Origin: the human T2T-CHM13v2.0 reference genome, Homo sapiens
Reading direction: 5' to 3' (one strand)
Assembly (NCBI RefSeq): GCF_009914755.1
Contig: NC_060926.1
DNA: 64,000 nucleotides
Shown one piece after another: positions 1-15,754 of the stretch (the stretch's first letter is position 1; every line of letters starts with the position of its first letter). The notes under the pieces are model-generated. The model was given only the letters and a program-made list of their open reading frames with translations, did no database searches and was not told the DNA's origin. The translations under genes were made by a program, and so were the position numbers.

Positions 1-1362
1 TTTTGGGAAGTATGTTTTTACCCAAGCATATGGTATGAGCTGCTGATTCAGTATTGAGTGGCTCTTTAAGCTTGTTAGTTACATTCTGCTGATTAAAATG
101 GTGTACAGAATAGTCAGGAAAAACCAGTCCCTGGTCTGAAATAAACAATGTTAATTAGCTTATGGGGAAGAACAAATGAGTAAGGAGAATTTTCATATAC
201 AAAGGAAATCTCTGATTGTCTTTCTGGACTCAGTGTGTTTGGGTTAAGGAGATAGGGTGCGGCTGGAGAAAATGATGAAAATGTTCAGAATGTTACATGT
301 ATTTTTACACTGAAACTGGAAGTGGAAGCCCAGTGTGATAGTTTTCTGCCCGATGTTGGCCTGTCTTCACACCCACACCACTTATCTTGATTGATAGAGC
401 TACTACTTCCTCTTATACTGCTTCAGAAGTTAACCTCTGTGGTGCAGTGCTAGGATATCACAGAGGAAATAATCCCTTGTAGACAGTGTCTTGTTGCTGG
501 GAGTTATCAGTGCCTCCTGTTCTCTCTAAGGAGGGCAATGGGAAGCCCTTTCCTTGCATTTGCTACAGCCGTTTCCTTGACCTCCCTGGAAGAACAGTAT
601 TTCATGGTGTCAGACAACATTCAGAACATGCTCAAATTAAATGTATGTCAGTATGCATTTGCTTTGGTGTGTGGTTTGTCCAAACCAAAGTGCCCATACA
701 TGTCTCTGGTCCAGCCATGTGGGAAATTCAGCAGTGGGGTGAACCATATGGAAATGGCAGGTGTTGGGCAGCCTTGACTGGACTGCCCTGGTCTTACTTC
801 TGGATTTGGTGAGTAGAAGATCACACTGTTGCTTGCTGCCCTGGGTTCACCTCAAAGAGGGAAAGAAGAATTAGCAACTTAAATGGTTAAATTTAGAAAC
901 AAGAAAAAGTTCTGTCAGTGGGCAGTTTCTTACGTCTAACAAAAAAAACAACAGCAGTGAATTCTTTTGTGTTCAGAATTAACCAGTAAACACAACCTTA
1001 GCAATTAACCTATCACTATCACGATTGTTTATTTCCTGGAATTTTGTTGACAGAATTAGTCCAATAAATGTTATGAATAATAATTTTATGAATAGAGATA
1101 GGTTAATGCCAAATTAAGTATAATTGAATCTGAGACATTAATGCAACTGTTTTAAATTCAACCACTGACCTGCAATTTTTATATGCCTTGTCCATCCAGC
1201 AAGATACATTTTGTCCATTTTTTTCATGTTTAAAATTTAATATTTATTGTCAATTCCAGTGTGTTTCATTGCTAAACATCAGGCTCAGCCAAAGCAATCA
1301 CGAAAATGACTCCACGTTGAATCTTTAACATCACAATGTGGATTAACAATTTGGCAACATTT

Positions 1363-1639
<277 letters not shown>

Positions 1640-1699
1640 TTAAATACTTTGTCAGTATCTGAAAAGTGCAAAGTACTGTGCTTGGCTCCCCAAAGGCTC

Positions 1700-1860
1700 C
1701 TCTTAATCCTGAAAGGCAGGTGCTTTTATTATCTTTTATCTTATTATCTACATTTTCCAGATGAGGAAACGTAGGTACAGAGGTTTAGTAACTTGCCCAG
1801 GTCACATAGCCAGTAAGTGGCAGAGCTGGGATTTGAACCCCAGTACCCTATCTCCAGCGA
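1700..1860 (-). mobile_element. MIR
   Basis: Reverse-complement MIR core (cattttccagatgaggaaac...acttgcccaggtcaca). Confidence 0.8.
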
Positions 1861-3344
1861 ATCTGAGATGTACATGTGATAAATTTAATCTTTCTCAATA
1901 AATTATTAAGTGTCAAAGCAAGTGGTATGGGCAATGCACCAGGATTAAGAAAAACAGTGTGTGGTAAAGATGTAAAATATTTCTAATTCTGTTGTGGGCT
2001 GTGGCACTCCCGTGGAAGGCTTGCCACAGACACAGCCAGAGGCATCCACGTGGGCCCCTGCTGCACACCTGGTTTGCTGCTACCAAGGCTGCTCTCCCGA
2101 GGCTTGTTCACACAAAGGAAAGTGAGCAGCTAGGAAGCTGCATATTTGAAAGTTGACTAGTCACCAAATGCTGGCATCCAACCAAGTGATTGCATTGTAC
2201 CCTGTTTGGATGAAAGATTGTGTTTAAATGAAAAGAGAGATGATGAGCCAGAAGTGTGGCAAATGAGTTAAAATAAATTGTCAGCAGTGTTTGAAGCAGG
2301 TTGCTGAGGGCTGGTGTCCTGAAATCCGGTCACTTGGAGGATGTATATGTTCCATCAGGGGCCGGAAATGTTTTATCCAAGCTTTAGGGAATAACCCTGG
2401 AGATTCTCTTCGTTACTCTACTGTTAAGTACGTGCTTACGGAGTAAACTTCGCATGACTAAGGTTTACAGGCCTGAATGTGCAACTGAGTTCAAGTAAGC
2501 AGCAATGTGGTGTATTAGGAAGACTGCTTGACTTGGGTTCTAATCCTTGCTTCACCACCTAGCTGTGTGACTTTAAACATCACTGTTTTTCCTCCTGCCT
2601 TCCTTCTGTAACTTAAGGGGGTTGGATTATTAGAGTTCTCAAATGCCATACCTTCAAGGCCAGGTGCAGGATGCAGAGAATAGTGGGTTAAAGTGAACAC
2701 CTCAATGTAAAATCATTCAAAAATTTAAAAACATCACGGACCAAACAAATATGTCTTTAAATCTGAATTTGGTTAAAGGTCACAAGTTTATGCCCTTTGG
2801 AGTACTCTCTGACATTTTCATGATGATATGAAAGGATTTTTCCATACATACTCAAAAGGCGCTCACGCCTCTGTTGCAGTCAGTCTGGCCACTTCCAAAT
2901 AGCCACCCCATGTTGGTCTCCACTTCTTCCCTCCCTCTTTAAGTGCTATGTTAATAATCTAGCTTATAATTCTCTAATCAGCAGTAGAGCACTTTGCTAC
3001 TTTATTTTTTATTGTTAGGGGTGATCTTAGCAGCCCAAGTATGCTAAGTCTTAGAAATATTCATCAGTGATGTTTTTCCCTGAAGCTCGTTTGGTGACTG
3101 CTAAACTAGAACCAGAATTGGAGAAAAACGACCCTGTGAATTCCAAGCCAACAAAGCCGGGGAAGAGGCATTGAGCAACCTGTGGTTGCCTGAGAAACAA
3201 AAGGCAAGGTGGTTGGATGAAAGCAACACTTCCAAGCCTTTTCCAGCTTAACGAACATAAGTCTAGGTTTTGGGGAGAGCCTATCTTAGTGAGAGTGAAC
3301 AAATAAAGTAGGCTGTATCTTTCAGAATTGGGTATGACTCAAAT

Positions 3345-3679
<335 letters not shown>

Positions 3680-3949
3680 TAATAGTAGCTTGAAGCAAGT
3701 CTAGAGACGAGCCAGCTGGAGGACAGGGCCAGCAGGAAGGAGGTATGCAAGGAAAAACCTGCAATGAATGGACCTACTGTGTTTGAGGGTACTGAGAGGA
3801 GTTTGGGGTTGAATTAATACCTACAAAGCATCCACAAAGCAATTGGGAAGAAAGGGTAGGGGGACTATTAGGCCTAGTCATATCAAACTTTTTTTTTTTT
3901 AAAAAAGAGTAAATGTCATGATAGTATACTGCCCACCTCAATTGTAAAA

Positions 3950-4439
<490 letters not shown>

Positions 4440-4502
4440 AATTGTAAATTTTATTCATTTAAACACCAACAAGTGATTTAAGAACAATAATAAAATAACT
4501 GT

Positions 4503-4794
4503 AGCTGGTATGATGGCTCATGCCTGTAATTCCAGCTACTCAGGAGGCTGAGGTGAGAATTGATGAGGCCAGGAGTTCAAGACCAGCCTAGGCAACATAG
4601 TGAGACCCCCCCCCACCCCCGTCTCTAAAAAAATAATTAAAAAAAAAATAACTGGGCATGGTGGTAGTCCCAGCTACTTGGGAGGCTGAGGTGGGGAGGT
4701 TTGCTTGAGCCCAAGAGTTAAGGCTACAGTGAGCTGTGATCACTGCACTCCAGCCTGGGTGACAGAGCAAGACCCTGTTTCTAAAAAATAAAAA
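4503..4794 (+). mobile_element. AluJ
   Basis: gcttgagcccaagagttaaggctacagtgagctgtgat (J-type). Confidence 0.85.
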
Positions 4795-5304
4795 TTATAT
4801 TGGGATGATGGAAAGGTATAAATCTGCTCTTTCTGTAAGATGATGTCTAAAATTGGAAAATAAATAGTGGTATAAGCATGTTATTTAAAAATTTAGAGGT
4901 AAGTGATAGAGGATTGTGAAAGTGGCTACCTCTGGGACAGTGAACAGGGCAGCATTGAGAAGGGAGCTGCCATTTTTCATCATAAGCCTCATGATGATCC
5001 TATTTGATTTTTTTTAAAGATTTGTGTTCATAAAAATGAATATTGAAAGTGAATGCAGGAAAAAAACTGTCTAAAAGTATATTTAAACAGTGACATTCAC
5101 TTTGCACATTGACACCTTAAGATAAATCCAATGCAATGTCATACTCTTACCCCAAATAAGTTGCATTGTAATGTAAGGTCATTCTCTTGGGGAGAATCTA
5201 AACTGACAGAAAAATCTGTCTTAAGGAGTACCTATGATCACAAAGTACTTCAAGCACCCTTTAAATTGTGATTAAAGATAATTTGTTGTTTAGAAATATA
5301 TATA

Positions 5305-5498
5305 CCTAGGTCTGGGGAGGAATAGAAGGGAAATGGAGAGTGACTGTTAAGGTTTCTTTGAGGGATGATGAAAACGTTCTAAAATTAAGTTGTGATAATT
5401 GCAAAACTATAAATATATTAGAAACCACTGAATTGCACATTTAAGTGGGCAAACTATTACGGCATATCAATTATATCCCAGTAAAGCTGTTTAAAAAA
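5305..5498 (+). mobile_element. L1MB-type 3' end
   Basis: gatgatgaaaacgttctaaaatta...aaaccactgaattgcacattt...gtaaagctgttt. Confidence 0.75.
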
Positions 5499-5534
5499 TA
5501 GTAGCATAAATAAGATGTAATAATAGCCAACATT

Positions 5535-5755
5535 TGTTGGGAGCCAATAGCCTGAGTGACCAGCTCAGCATTCTTGATAACCACCCCCTTCTCCCTATCT
5601 CCTTTACTCAATAAATATGAAGGGCTCTAGAAGCTCAGGGCCCTTGTTCCCTAGAAGCAAGGAGCCCCCGACCCCTTCTTCCAAACACACTCTTTTGTCT
5701 TTGTCTTTATTCCCATGTTCATCCTCCTTTGTTCAGTCCAGCATGGTCTGTGGCA
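5535..5755 (+). mobile_element. Internally deleted solo LTR, LTR3-like (HERV-K HML-6)
   Basis: TG...CA ends, perfect 6-bp TSD aacatt (5529-5534 and 5756-5761), AATAAA; 5' end resembles LTR3B. Confidence 0.75.
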
Positions 5756-5859
5756 AACATTCAACAATCTCTAAGGTAGATAATATTATCCCATTTTATA
5801 AATGAAACGGGCCTAGAGGAGCTAAATGACTTTCTTAAGACCATCAGACATGAATAGAT

Positions 5860-6185
5860 TAGAAATTATTTTTCTTTCATGTAAAAGAAGTCTGGAGGTA
5901 GGCTGTCTAGGGCTAGTAAGGTGGCTCCACGATTATGCAGCAGAGACCCTGGAACCTTTGAGTTGGTTTCTCCACTGTACATGGCTTCTCTCAAGGTCAC
6001 CTCATGGCCCAAGATGACTGCCAGGGCTTCAACCAATGCATCCACATTTTAGGCAGCAAGAACGATGAGAGTGCAAAGATGCTTATCCCACCTTTAAAGA
6101 AACAAAAGTACACAGCTTCCACTTGCATCTTCCATGGGAGAACTGAGTCACACATCTATGCTGTTGGAGCCTAGGAAATGGAGTC
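5860..6185. mobile_element. Old ERVL LTR fragment (LTR33-like)
   Basis: aagaagtctggaggtaggc...caagatgactgcc...catccacatttt motifs. Confidence 0.5.
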
Positions 6186-8369
6186 TTCACTCCCAAAACT
6201 CATTTTGAAAAGCATTCGCGTTTTGTGAATGGCAAGGAGTTTCCGGTTTGGTGCTTGGTAAATGCTTTGAGATGATGATGTCTCTTCTGCCCACCATCTT
6301 CACAGCCTCACCTAGTCTTTCATATTTATTTCCGCTCAAAGCTTCATTTGGCCTCTGGTCTTCCTTCTCTTTCTCTCACAGCTTTTTTGGACTCTATCCT
6401 GTAATCGCTTTTCCACTGAATCCAACTAAACACTCAGTACCTTGTCTGTCTCGTTCATCGTGCTAGGCACAGTGCTAGGCTCTCAGGAAACATGCATGGA
6501 GTGTAGGTTCCTTGGGGGATGTGAATTATCAACACCCTTGAGCATGGCTGGAACGAATCGCCCCTCCCGAGGACAGACAGGTAGAGCCAGAGTGCAGGGC
6601 AGTCTCCCAGCTCGCTGGAGGCAGAGCTGGCCTGGAGCCTGGCCTCCTGACCCTCAGGTGCCTCCTCTCACCCTGAGCTTCCCAAACACCGATTTCCAGG
6701 CAAAGCCTCATCACACAACGATATTAAGTAAAGTAAAATAGGAACGGATAATAAATTTTTATGTATGCAGAAATTGTTTCTCTCCTCCCCTCCTCTTGGG
6801 GTTGATTAACTTAGCTGGAAGTAATGAACCTGAACTGATTTTTTGAGCACCAGATCTAAGTGGTAATTACTGAGTTGGTACCTTGTTTATAGACTTTCAG
6901 AAGACCGTAATACTTACTAAGAGAATCCTTTTCTCCTCTACTCCCACCAGTTTCTCCCTTGGCATGAGAACCGACAAACCAGAACATAAATGAGCTGGAG
7001 GAGAGAGCCCTTTCTTTTTTTTCTAGGAGTTGTGTCATATTTCTAAAGGGCAGCACTGTAAGTACTCTGCTCCCTTCAGGGAAGAAATTGTGCTTCCAGG
7101 ACCCCTCACTGAGAGCAACGCCAGGGAAAGAATGGCCGGCTCAGGACTTCCATCGCGGTCATTGGCCAAACTCCTTCCTTCTGAGAATCTTACTGACAGA
7201 GGCCCCAGGGTCATCTCATGGGGCTTTCTGAGGCCAGTACTGCTTTCTTCTGACTTTCCTCAGTAGACATCTATGGCTCTTTTAATGACATTCTCTCTCC
7301 AACCTGCTTGGACTCCATCCACATCTTTCTTTGGGTTCCTCCTTCTATGAAGGAGACTCCTGTTTGTCCTCAACTGGCCTCTCCTGGGGTTCAAAGGCAG
7401 CCCTTCCTTCGAGTCTCTCGTGGGTTCGTGAGCACTCTACCTGCTTGTTTTTGGGTACTTGGTAAGCCCGGCATCACAATCTCCCCTGGAGCTAGTCCCA
7501 TGGTGACACCTGCCCAGATTCTGTGGTCACCAGAGGTTTCAGGTGATGGTTCAGAGAGGGCACCGTTTCCCGGGAGGCTTGGGGACTTGGCAATTCATGG
7601 GCTTTATATTCTCTTGTATATCCCACCTGGGCCCTGGAAGCCCAGTAGCTAAGTGAGGAGAGGCACAACCTCCTGGCCTGAAGCTGAGTTGCTTCTATTC
7701 CACCTACAGGTTTTCCTCTCCCTGTTCCCTCTCCTGGAGCTTCCAGATCTCTGCCACCCTGTCCCCCTATTCACCCCAGTGATACAGGCAGCCCGAGGGC
7801 TGAGTTCTGTGACAGCACCCTCACCACTTCAAATATGCTGACATCGGTTCTTCAGGCCTGGGCCACTCACTGAGCAATTTGATCTTCCATTTATGCCTCT
7901 GCCCAGCTGCGTCCTGATCGGTGGCTCTGGCCTGCTCTCTTCTTGTCCTGGCTTCAGCCCTTGCGCCTGCCTCTGGCCAGCCGAGCTTCAACAGCCAGAG
8001 CACCAGCTCCTGCACAGGTCGAGGCTCAAGCCGTGGCAGGGCCCCTTCCCCAAGCAGTCTTCATCTCATGTAGCTGTGACAGTCCTTGGATGATCCGAGC
8101 TGGGAGGGGCTTCAAACAACTGTATCAAGTTCAAACCCTTGATTTAAATGTGAGGAAACCACCGACCCAAGGCCACACAGGTAGTGTGAGGTGGCCATTG
8201 CCAGGAAAGGAGGGATGGGCAGTTGTGTGCCCCATCCTGAGTGTCTCTGGCAGCTGGACTGGATGACCACCACTAAGCCTTCCACAAACTCAAATCTGCT
8301 TTGACAGTGAGGAGATACCTGATGTCTTGTTTGTTCCCCAGTCCCTCCCTGTCTTTGCTGGTTGCTGCT

Positions 8370-9760
8370 GCTACCAATCACATGGCCCGTTGTCCTGCCC
8401 ACAGAAGTGGACCAATGACCCAAGCCATGTCATCAGCTTTAGATTCTGGGAACGAGAAGCTCTCCTTCCTCCATGATTATTGAGCTTGTATGCTGCTATA
8501 GCCGTCTGTGGGCATACCCCACCTCTACCTCTTCTCATCTTTGTGTACCCTACCCAGCCATCCCGGGGAGCCTATCAGCAGTGGGAAAGAATGAGATCAA
8601 CATAGACGAACTATTCCATGTTGATGGGGAAAGGGGCATGGTGGAGCAAAAGTGAGCTGAGCACATTATTGGAGTCCTTGGGCTACGTCAGGGAGTCTCT
8701 AGGTCACCAAGCCAACCAGTTCCTTTTTGGCTTAAGCTGCTCTCTTATTCTCCTACACCAACTGGGTATCCAACAATGCAACCCAATCCTGACAATAACT
8801 ATCCGGACGGCATAGGTTAAGGGCTTGGTCCCACAAGACTGTCCCCACTTCAGACATCAGCTGCAAAGAAGGTGCCCAGGCTACCCACATTTCTGCCCAA
8901 CTGACTATAAATTTGGGGGTTCCCACCAGCCCTCTTCATGTTTGATAATTTGCTAGAACAACTCACCAAACTCAGGAAAGCACTTTACTTACTATTATTG
9001 GTTTATTATAAAGGCTAAAACTCAGGAACAGCCAAATGGAAGAGTTGCATAGGGCAAGGTATGGGGATGGGAGTAGGGGTGGCTCAGAACTACCATGTCT
9101 TCTTGGGATGCATTACCCTCCCAGCACCTTGACATGCTCAGCAACCTGTAAGCTCCCTGAAACTTTGCTTGGGAATTTTTTTTTTTTTTTTTTAGATTCC
9201 ATTAAGTAGGCATGATTGATGAAATCACTGGCCATTAGTGATTGAACTCACACTCCAGACTAGGTGTGGTGGCTCCCATGTGTAATCCCAGAACTTTGGG
9301 AGGCTAAGGCAGGAGGATTGCTTGAGGTCAGGAGTTTGAGACCAGGCTAGCCAACATAGCAAGACCCGATCTTGACAAAAAAGAAAAAAAATTAACCAGT
9401 CATGGTGATGCAAACCTGTGGTCTCAGCTACCTGGGAGGCGGAGGTGGGAGGAGCCAAGGAGGTTGTTCTCTCTTGAGATTGGAGGGTGGGGCTGAAAAT
9501 TCCAACCCTCTACACACAGGGTTAGTTCTGGCTACCAAACCCTGTCTTGAAGCTATCTAGGGTCACCTCATTAGCATAAACTCAAGTATAGTTGAAAGGG
9601 GCTCATTATAAGTAAGAAAATACACTTCCATCATTCAGGAAATTCTCAGGGTTTTAGGAGCTCTGTGCTAGGAAATGGAGACAAACACCAAACAAATTTT
9701 ATATACCAGAAATGCTATAAGTGCAGTTTCTGTTGCCTGTGACCAAAGGGTCCCTGGATG
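8370..9760. mobile_element. Nested elements: MLT1-type MaLR LTR > MER21-type LTR (about 8745-9710, minus) > truncated AluJ (about 9257-9455, plus)
   Basis: MER21 end gttttaggagctctgtgctaggaa...; MLT1 tail split around it; Alu left arm with part of the right arm. Confidence 0.7.
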
Positions 9761-10335
9761 GTTCAGGCACTGATGGAGCCAGAATGAAAACCCATGACAA
9801 CCAACTCCTAATGGGCCTCATGTTCTGTGAACTACTCAGATTCCAAATGCATCAAAGACACCACTATTGAAGGCAAGTCTGATTGTTTTGTGGGCTCTTG
9901 CAGACCATAAATGTAGCCTTGCACGCGTGGGTTTGATCGAAGTGAGGTTCTATCAGTAACATGTGACTATGCCTCTTTCATAGGTTGTTGCTTCAAAGAG
10001 AAAAATAACCACTTCTGTGCTGTTCTATGTGTACGGCATCCAGCATGGGTGCTCAAGTAGAATGAAATAAATTCACCCAAGGGTCCCTACTCTGCCTCTG
10101 CACCTCAGACCTTTAACCTCATTTGTAGAAGGAGGGTGACAATCGAATCGATGTAATTTACCTATCTACTAATAATCAGAACTCTTTTGCTTTCAGGTGA
10201 GAGAAATGCAACCCATACCACCTTCTACCCTAAGAACCATCTGAGGTTAGGGGTGCTGATCCCAGGCCCAGCTGGGTTCTAAAACTGGAGGGGGGCATGC
10301 GGCCTCATCCTCCCTCGCTTCCTCTCTCATCCTGA

Positions 10336-10890
<555 letters not shown>

Positions 10891-11021
10891 CTTACAGTAT
10901 TTTCTCAGAGGGAAAGAAGGCCTCTGTCTTCAGGGGCCACCTTAGATCCCAGAAGGATTCTGACACCTGGACCAGAGGCAGAGACCGCCAGGGCAACTCT
11001 ACCCGAACCAAGAGGAAGTGG

Positions 11022-11464
11022 GGACAGATACTCTCCTTTGACCAAAACTTTAATGAGGCTCGTCTGAGACCTTCCTGACCAGGCCCAGCCTATGTCCTTG
11101 CAGAATTCAGTTTGAGCAAGAATCCTGCCGAGTCAGGGCAGGGAAACGCCCCCAGCCTTGGTATCTGACCACTGTCTACATCTTATCAGCCTGATCTGCC
11201 TTCAGCAAGAGTCCTATTGGGTTGGTCTAACAGGATTCCCCTCTCCCCGATGTTTTCTCTCAGTTATTTTCCATTCACTGACCTCCACCCTGCTTCATGG
11301 CTGCAAGTCCCCACTTGCCCATGCTGTAGTCAGAATCGAGTGCAATCTCTCCCCACAACTGCAAGACCACACTGCAGTGCAGCTTGTTCCTCTGACCATG
11401 GCTCCCCTTGTGTAGTCTGCCTTACTATCCATAACAAGTGTCATGAATAATTTTTTCTTTAACA
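11022..11464 (+). mobile_element. MER31-like ERV1 LTR
   Basis: ctctcctttgaccaaaacttta...agcaagaatcctg...tcatgaataattttttctttaaca. Confidence 0.7.
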
Positions 11465-11477
11465 ATACCCCCCTCCA

Positions 11478-11783
11478 GGCTGGGCACGGTGGCTCACACC
11501 TGTAATCCCAGAACTTTGGGAGACTGAGGCAGGAAGATCACTTGAGCCCAGGAGCTCAAGAACAGCCCAGGCAACATAGTGAAACCCTCTACAAAAAATG
11601 CAAAAATTAATGGGGTGTGGTGGTGTGTACCTGTAGTCCCAGCTACTCGGGAGGCTGAGGTAGGAGGATCACCTGAGCCCAGAAATTTGAGGCTGCAGTG
11701 AGCTGTGATCATGCCACTGAACTCCAGCCTGGGTGACAAGAGTGAGACCCTGTCCCAAAACAAACAAAAACAATAAAATAAAA
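11478..11783 (+). mobile_element. AluJ
   Basis: Full dimer; TSD approximately aata(t)cccc(c)tcca. Confidence 0.9.
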
Positions 11784-11849
11784 TATCCCCCTCCAAAAAA
11801 GTGAAGGGTTGACAGTCTGAGGAAAACAGCTTGTGTCTGCACATATATA

Positions 11850-12139
11850 TTTTTTTTTAGGTAGAGTCTCACTCTGTTGCCCAGGCTGGAGGGCAATGGC
11901 ATGATCTTGGCTCACTGCAACCTTTGCCTCCTGGTTCAAGTGATTCTCCTGCCTCAGCTTCCCAAGTAGCTGGAACTACGGGGTACATGCCACCACACCT
12001 GGCTAATTTTTGTATTTTTAGTAGAGATGGGATTTCACCATGTTGGCTAGGCTGGTCTTGAACTCCTGATCTCAAGTGATCCACCCATCTCAGCCTCCCA
12101 AAGTGCTGGGGTTACAGGTATGAGCCACCACACTCAGCC
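11850..12139 (-). mobile_element. AluS
   Basis: Full dimer; TSD tctgcacat. Confidence 0.9.
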
Positions 12140-12685
12140 ATCTGCACATTTCTTTATAGGAGACTTGTGAGGATTCTAGGAGAGAAGGCATGAGGAAAGC
12201 TGAGTACAGTGTCCAGCTCCCAGCAAATCCTCAACCAATGTCAGTTGCTGCCACAATGATGACGGCAGTGGTGATGAGGAGGGGAGGTGGGATGGGGAGT
12301 TGGGAGTTAATGTGCCCTGTGCTTTGATGAGGGCGGCCAGCGTGTAGCCCAGTGGAACTGCACTCCAGCCTGCAAGCTGCTACATGCCAGGGTGTGTGTG
12401 GTTTGTCTGCTCAGAGGGGTGCCTTGTTCTACTTCATGCTAAGGCACTGCAGGAGCTCTCAATGGTCCTGGGAAAAAGAGGATCTCCTTGTACTAAGGTA
12501 TGAAGAGCTAAGTTCCTTTGCTCATCAAAGGCCAGAAGTGGGGAAATGATTTTAATGTCTTGTAAGAGATTGCCGAATTGGAGCACAATTTGCAACTGAT
12601 GGTGTAGTGAAATGAGAAAGGTTTTGGAAAATCATTTCCAAGGCCCCAGAAGCTGCTGAGCCTGGATGGCTTTCTAAGTGGGAAC

Positions 12686-13202
12686 TGAAACTGGCCCAGT
12701 TGTCCTATAGAACTGATGTTTACTGTTTTTTTGTTTTTATTTTTGTTTTTTTTTTTTTGATAGACTGTAGAAATGGAGCCTCCTGCTCTGAAAGGTTGAA
12801 ACTTACATTTGTCTTATCTGAGTTCCTTCCTCAGGAAACTGACCCTCAGGCCTGGCAGATGTTATTAGGAACTGAAACTTACCAGATCACCACATCAGGG
12901 CAATGAGACACCAGACCCCTCACGCATCATGATTGCCTAAGCAACCATCTGTTGTTTGACCAACTCGTTTTCCTTACCTCTCCCTAATTCCTGTTTTCCC
13001 ACATGTAGTTACAATTCTTCCCTGCCACATGAACTCCTAAATTCAGCTGGTCCAGCTGATCAATTTGAGACTGATCTCCCATCTCCTTGGCTGCAGCACC
13101 CAAATAAAGCCTTCTTCCCTAGCAATGTTCCTTGTCTCAGAGATCAGCTTTCTGTGCGGTGAGCAGCAGGACCTAGACTGAAGCCCTGGTGTTTCGGCAA
13201 CA
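12686..13202 (+). mobile_element. MER39-like ERV1 solo LTR
   Basis: tgaaactggccc...ggcaaca ends, AATAAA, 4-bp TSD gaac/gaat. Confidence 0.75.
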
Positions 13203-13631
13203 GAATCAGCCGCAGGCATCAGAGGCAGTGGGCACCTAACAATATTCTGTTGTTTTGAGCTTGGGGATCCAGGCAGATCCTTTGCCTCCTGAACTCGGCT
13301 GAGGGAGGCTCTGCTGAGTGAGGACGGCAAACATCTCTCAGAAGGGAACTAAAATCTATTGCACACTTGGTTTGTGGTCTACACTCTGCATGGATGATCT
13401 AATTTCATCTGTACACAACCGGTAATGCTCACAGACAAGAACAAGGAGGCTCAGAAAAGGAAAGTTATTCACTCAAGGACACTGAGTCGATGGAAGGAAG
13501 GAGGACTGGCTTCCACTGTGCCTCCTCACCTCCTGGGAGTGGCTCACAGAACAGTCACGATCACTGTCACTCTGGCACTCAGACAAGCTGGTTGTGTAGG
13601 CAAGGTGTGTGAAGTCCTCACAGCCAAGTAA

Positions 13632-14443
<812 letters not shown>

Positions 14444-15430
14444 TACACAGAGATTTAGAAAGCTAAAAGGACTCACCCAAACTCACACACTTGAGAAGTG
14501 GCAGAGTTGGGTCTTCTGTCTCTAAATCTACCACACCAAACAACTCAACTGGCAGCATTTTCTCAGCAACATCTTTGCAGGAACCTTGTGGTCAATTCCT
14601 CCTGCAGGGGTGAGTGGCAGCCTGCAGAGAGTTCTGTGAGTCAAGTGTTTCAACATATGGATGGATTGTTGTTTTTTACTGTGGCAACAAAAGGTGTGAG
14701 ATTTTTGTCTTTCATCAGCTACAAACTACACTGTTGGTCAGGCACTTTTACTGGGAGATGTTTTTCCCCCGATTCTTCCTGGGGTGACTTGAAATGTGGG
14801 CAGGATCCAGGAGGTGGAGAGAGAGGGGTCTTTGAAGGGGTGGAGGTGGGCTGCTGACACTGAAGAGCTCTCAGCTGATTGACTCACCTGCACATGACTG
14901 TGTAGGGAATGTCTGGCCCAAGGAGGCTTCCTGTAATGTATCTATCATCTCTTCATTTAGCTCATTTTTTGGGTTTCAGAATCCCTCGTGGAAGGTCCAT
15001 TTAAAATCTTGGAAGAAACCTGGGCTCTGCAGATTGTCCTCAGTGGAGCAACTAAGAGCTGAATACAGTAAAATGAAAGGCAAGACAAAGTCATTTCCTG
15101 GGTTAGGATAATTAGAATTTGAGTCACCTTCCTGTGTAAAAGGAAACAAACATTCTGATGGTCTTCATCAGGGAAAGAGAAATGTTTTATCAAATAAAGT
15201 GTAATCCTGGCAGTTGGCTTCAACTGAGGCTTGAAGAGAGGCCCGGGGTGTTTAATCTCCTGACATTTTCCCTGTACCTCTTTTATGACACTTTTCACTT
15301 TTTGCCAAGTTATTTATACCATAGCCTTTATAGTTAATTTTTGCTTCTAGATTATATATTTCCACTTCTGTGGACAACTTGCAGCAGTTTGTGCATAGTA
15401 TGTATTCAAAAAATGAAAAAATATAAATAC

Positions 15431-15754
15431 ATGGATGAATTACTGAATGGATGGATAGGTGAGTGAATGGATGGATGAGTGGATGGATGGGTGGATGAGT
15501 GGATGGATGGATAAATGGATGGATGGGTGGATGGATGTATGGATGGATGGATGGATGGATGGATGGATGGATGGATGGATGGATAAATGGATGGATGGAT
15601 GGATGGATGAGTGGATGGATGGATGGATGAGTGGATGGATGGATGGATGGATGGATGGATGGATGGATGGATAAATGGATGGATGGATGGATGGATGAGT
15701 GGATGGGTGGATGGATGGACGGATGAGTGGATGGATGGACGGATGGATGGATGG
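15431..15754 (+). repeat. (GGAT)n imperfect tetranucleotide repeat, about 320 bp
   Basis: Direct inspection. Confidence 0.97.
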
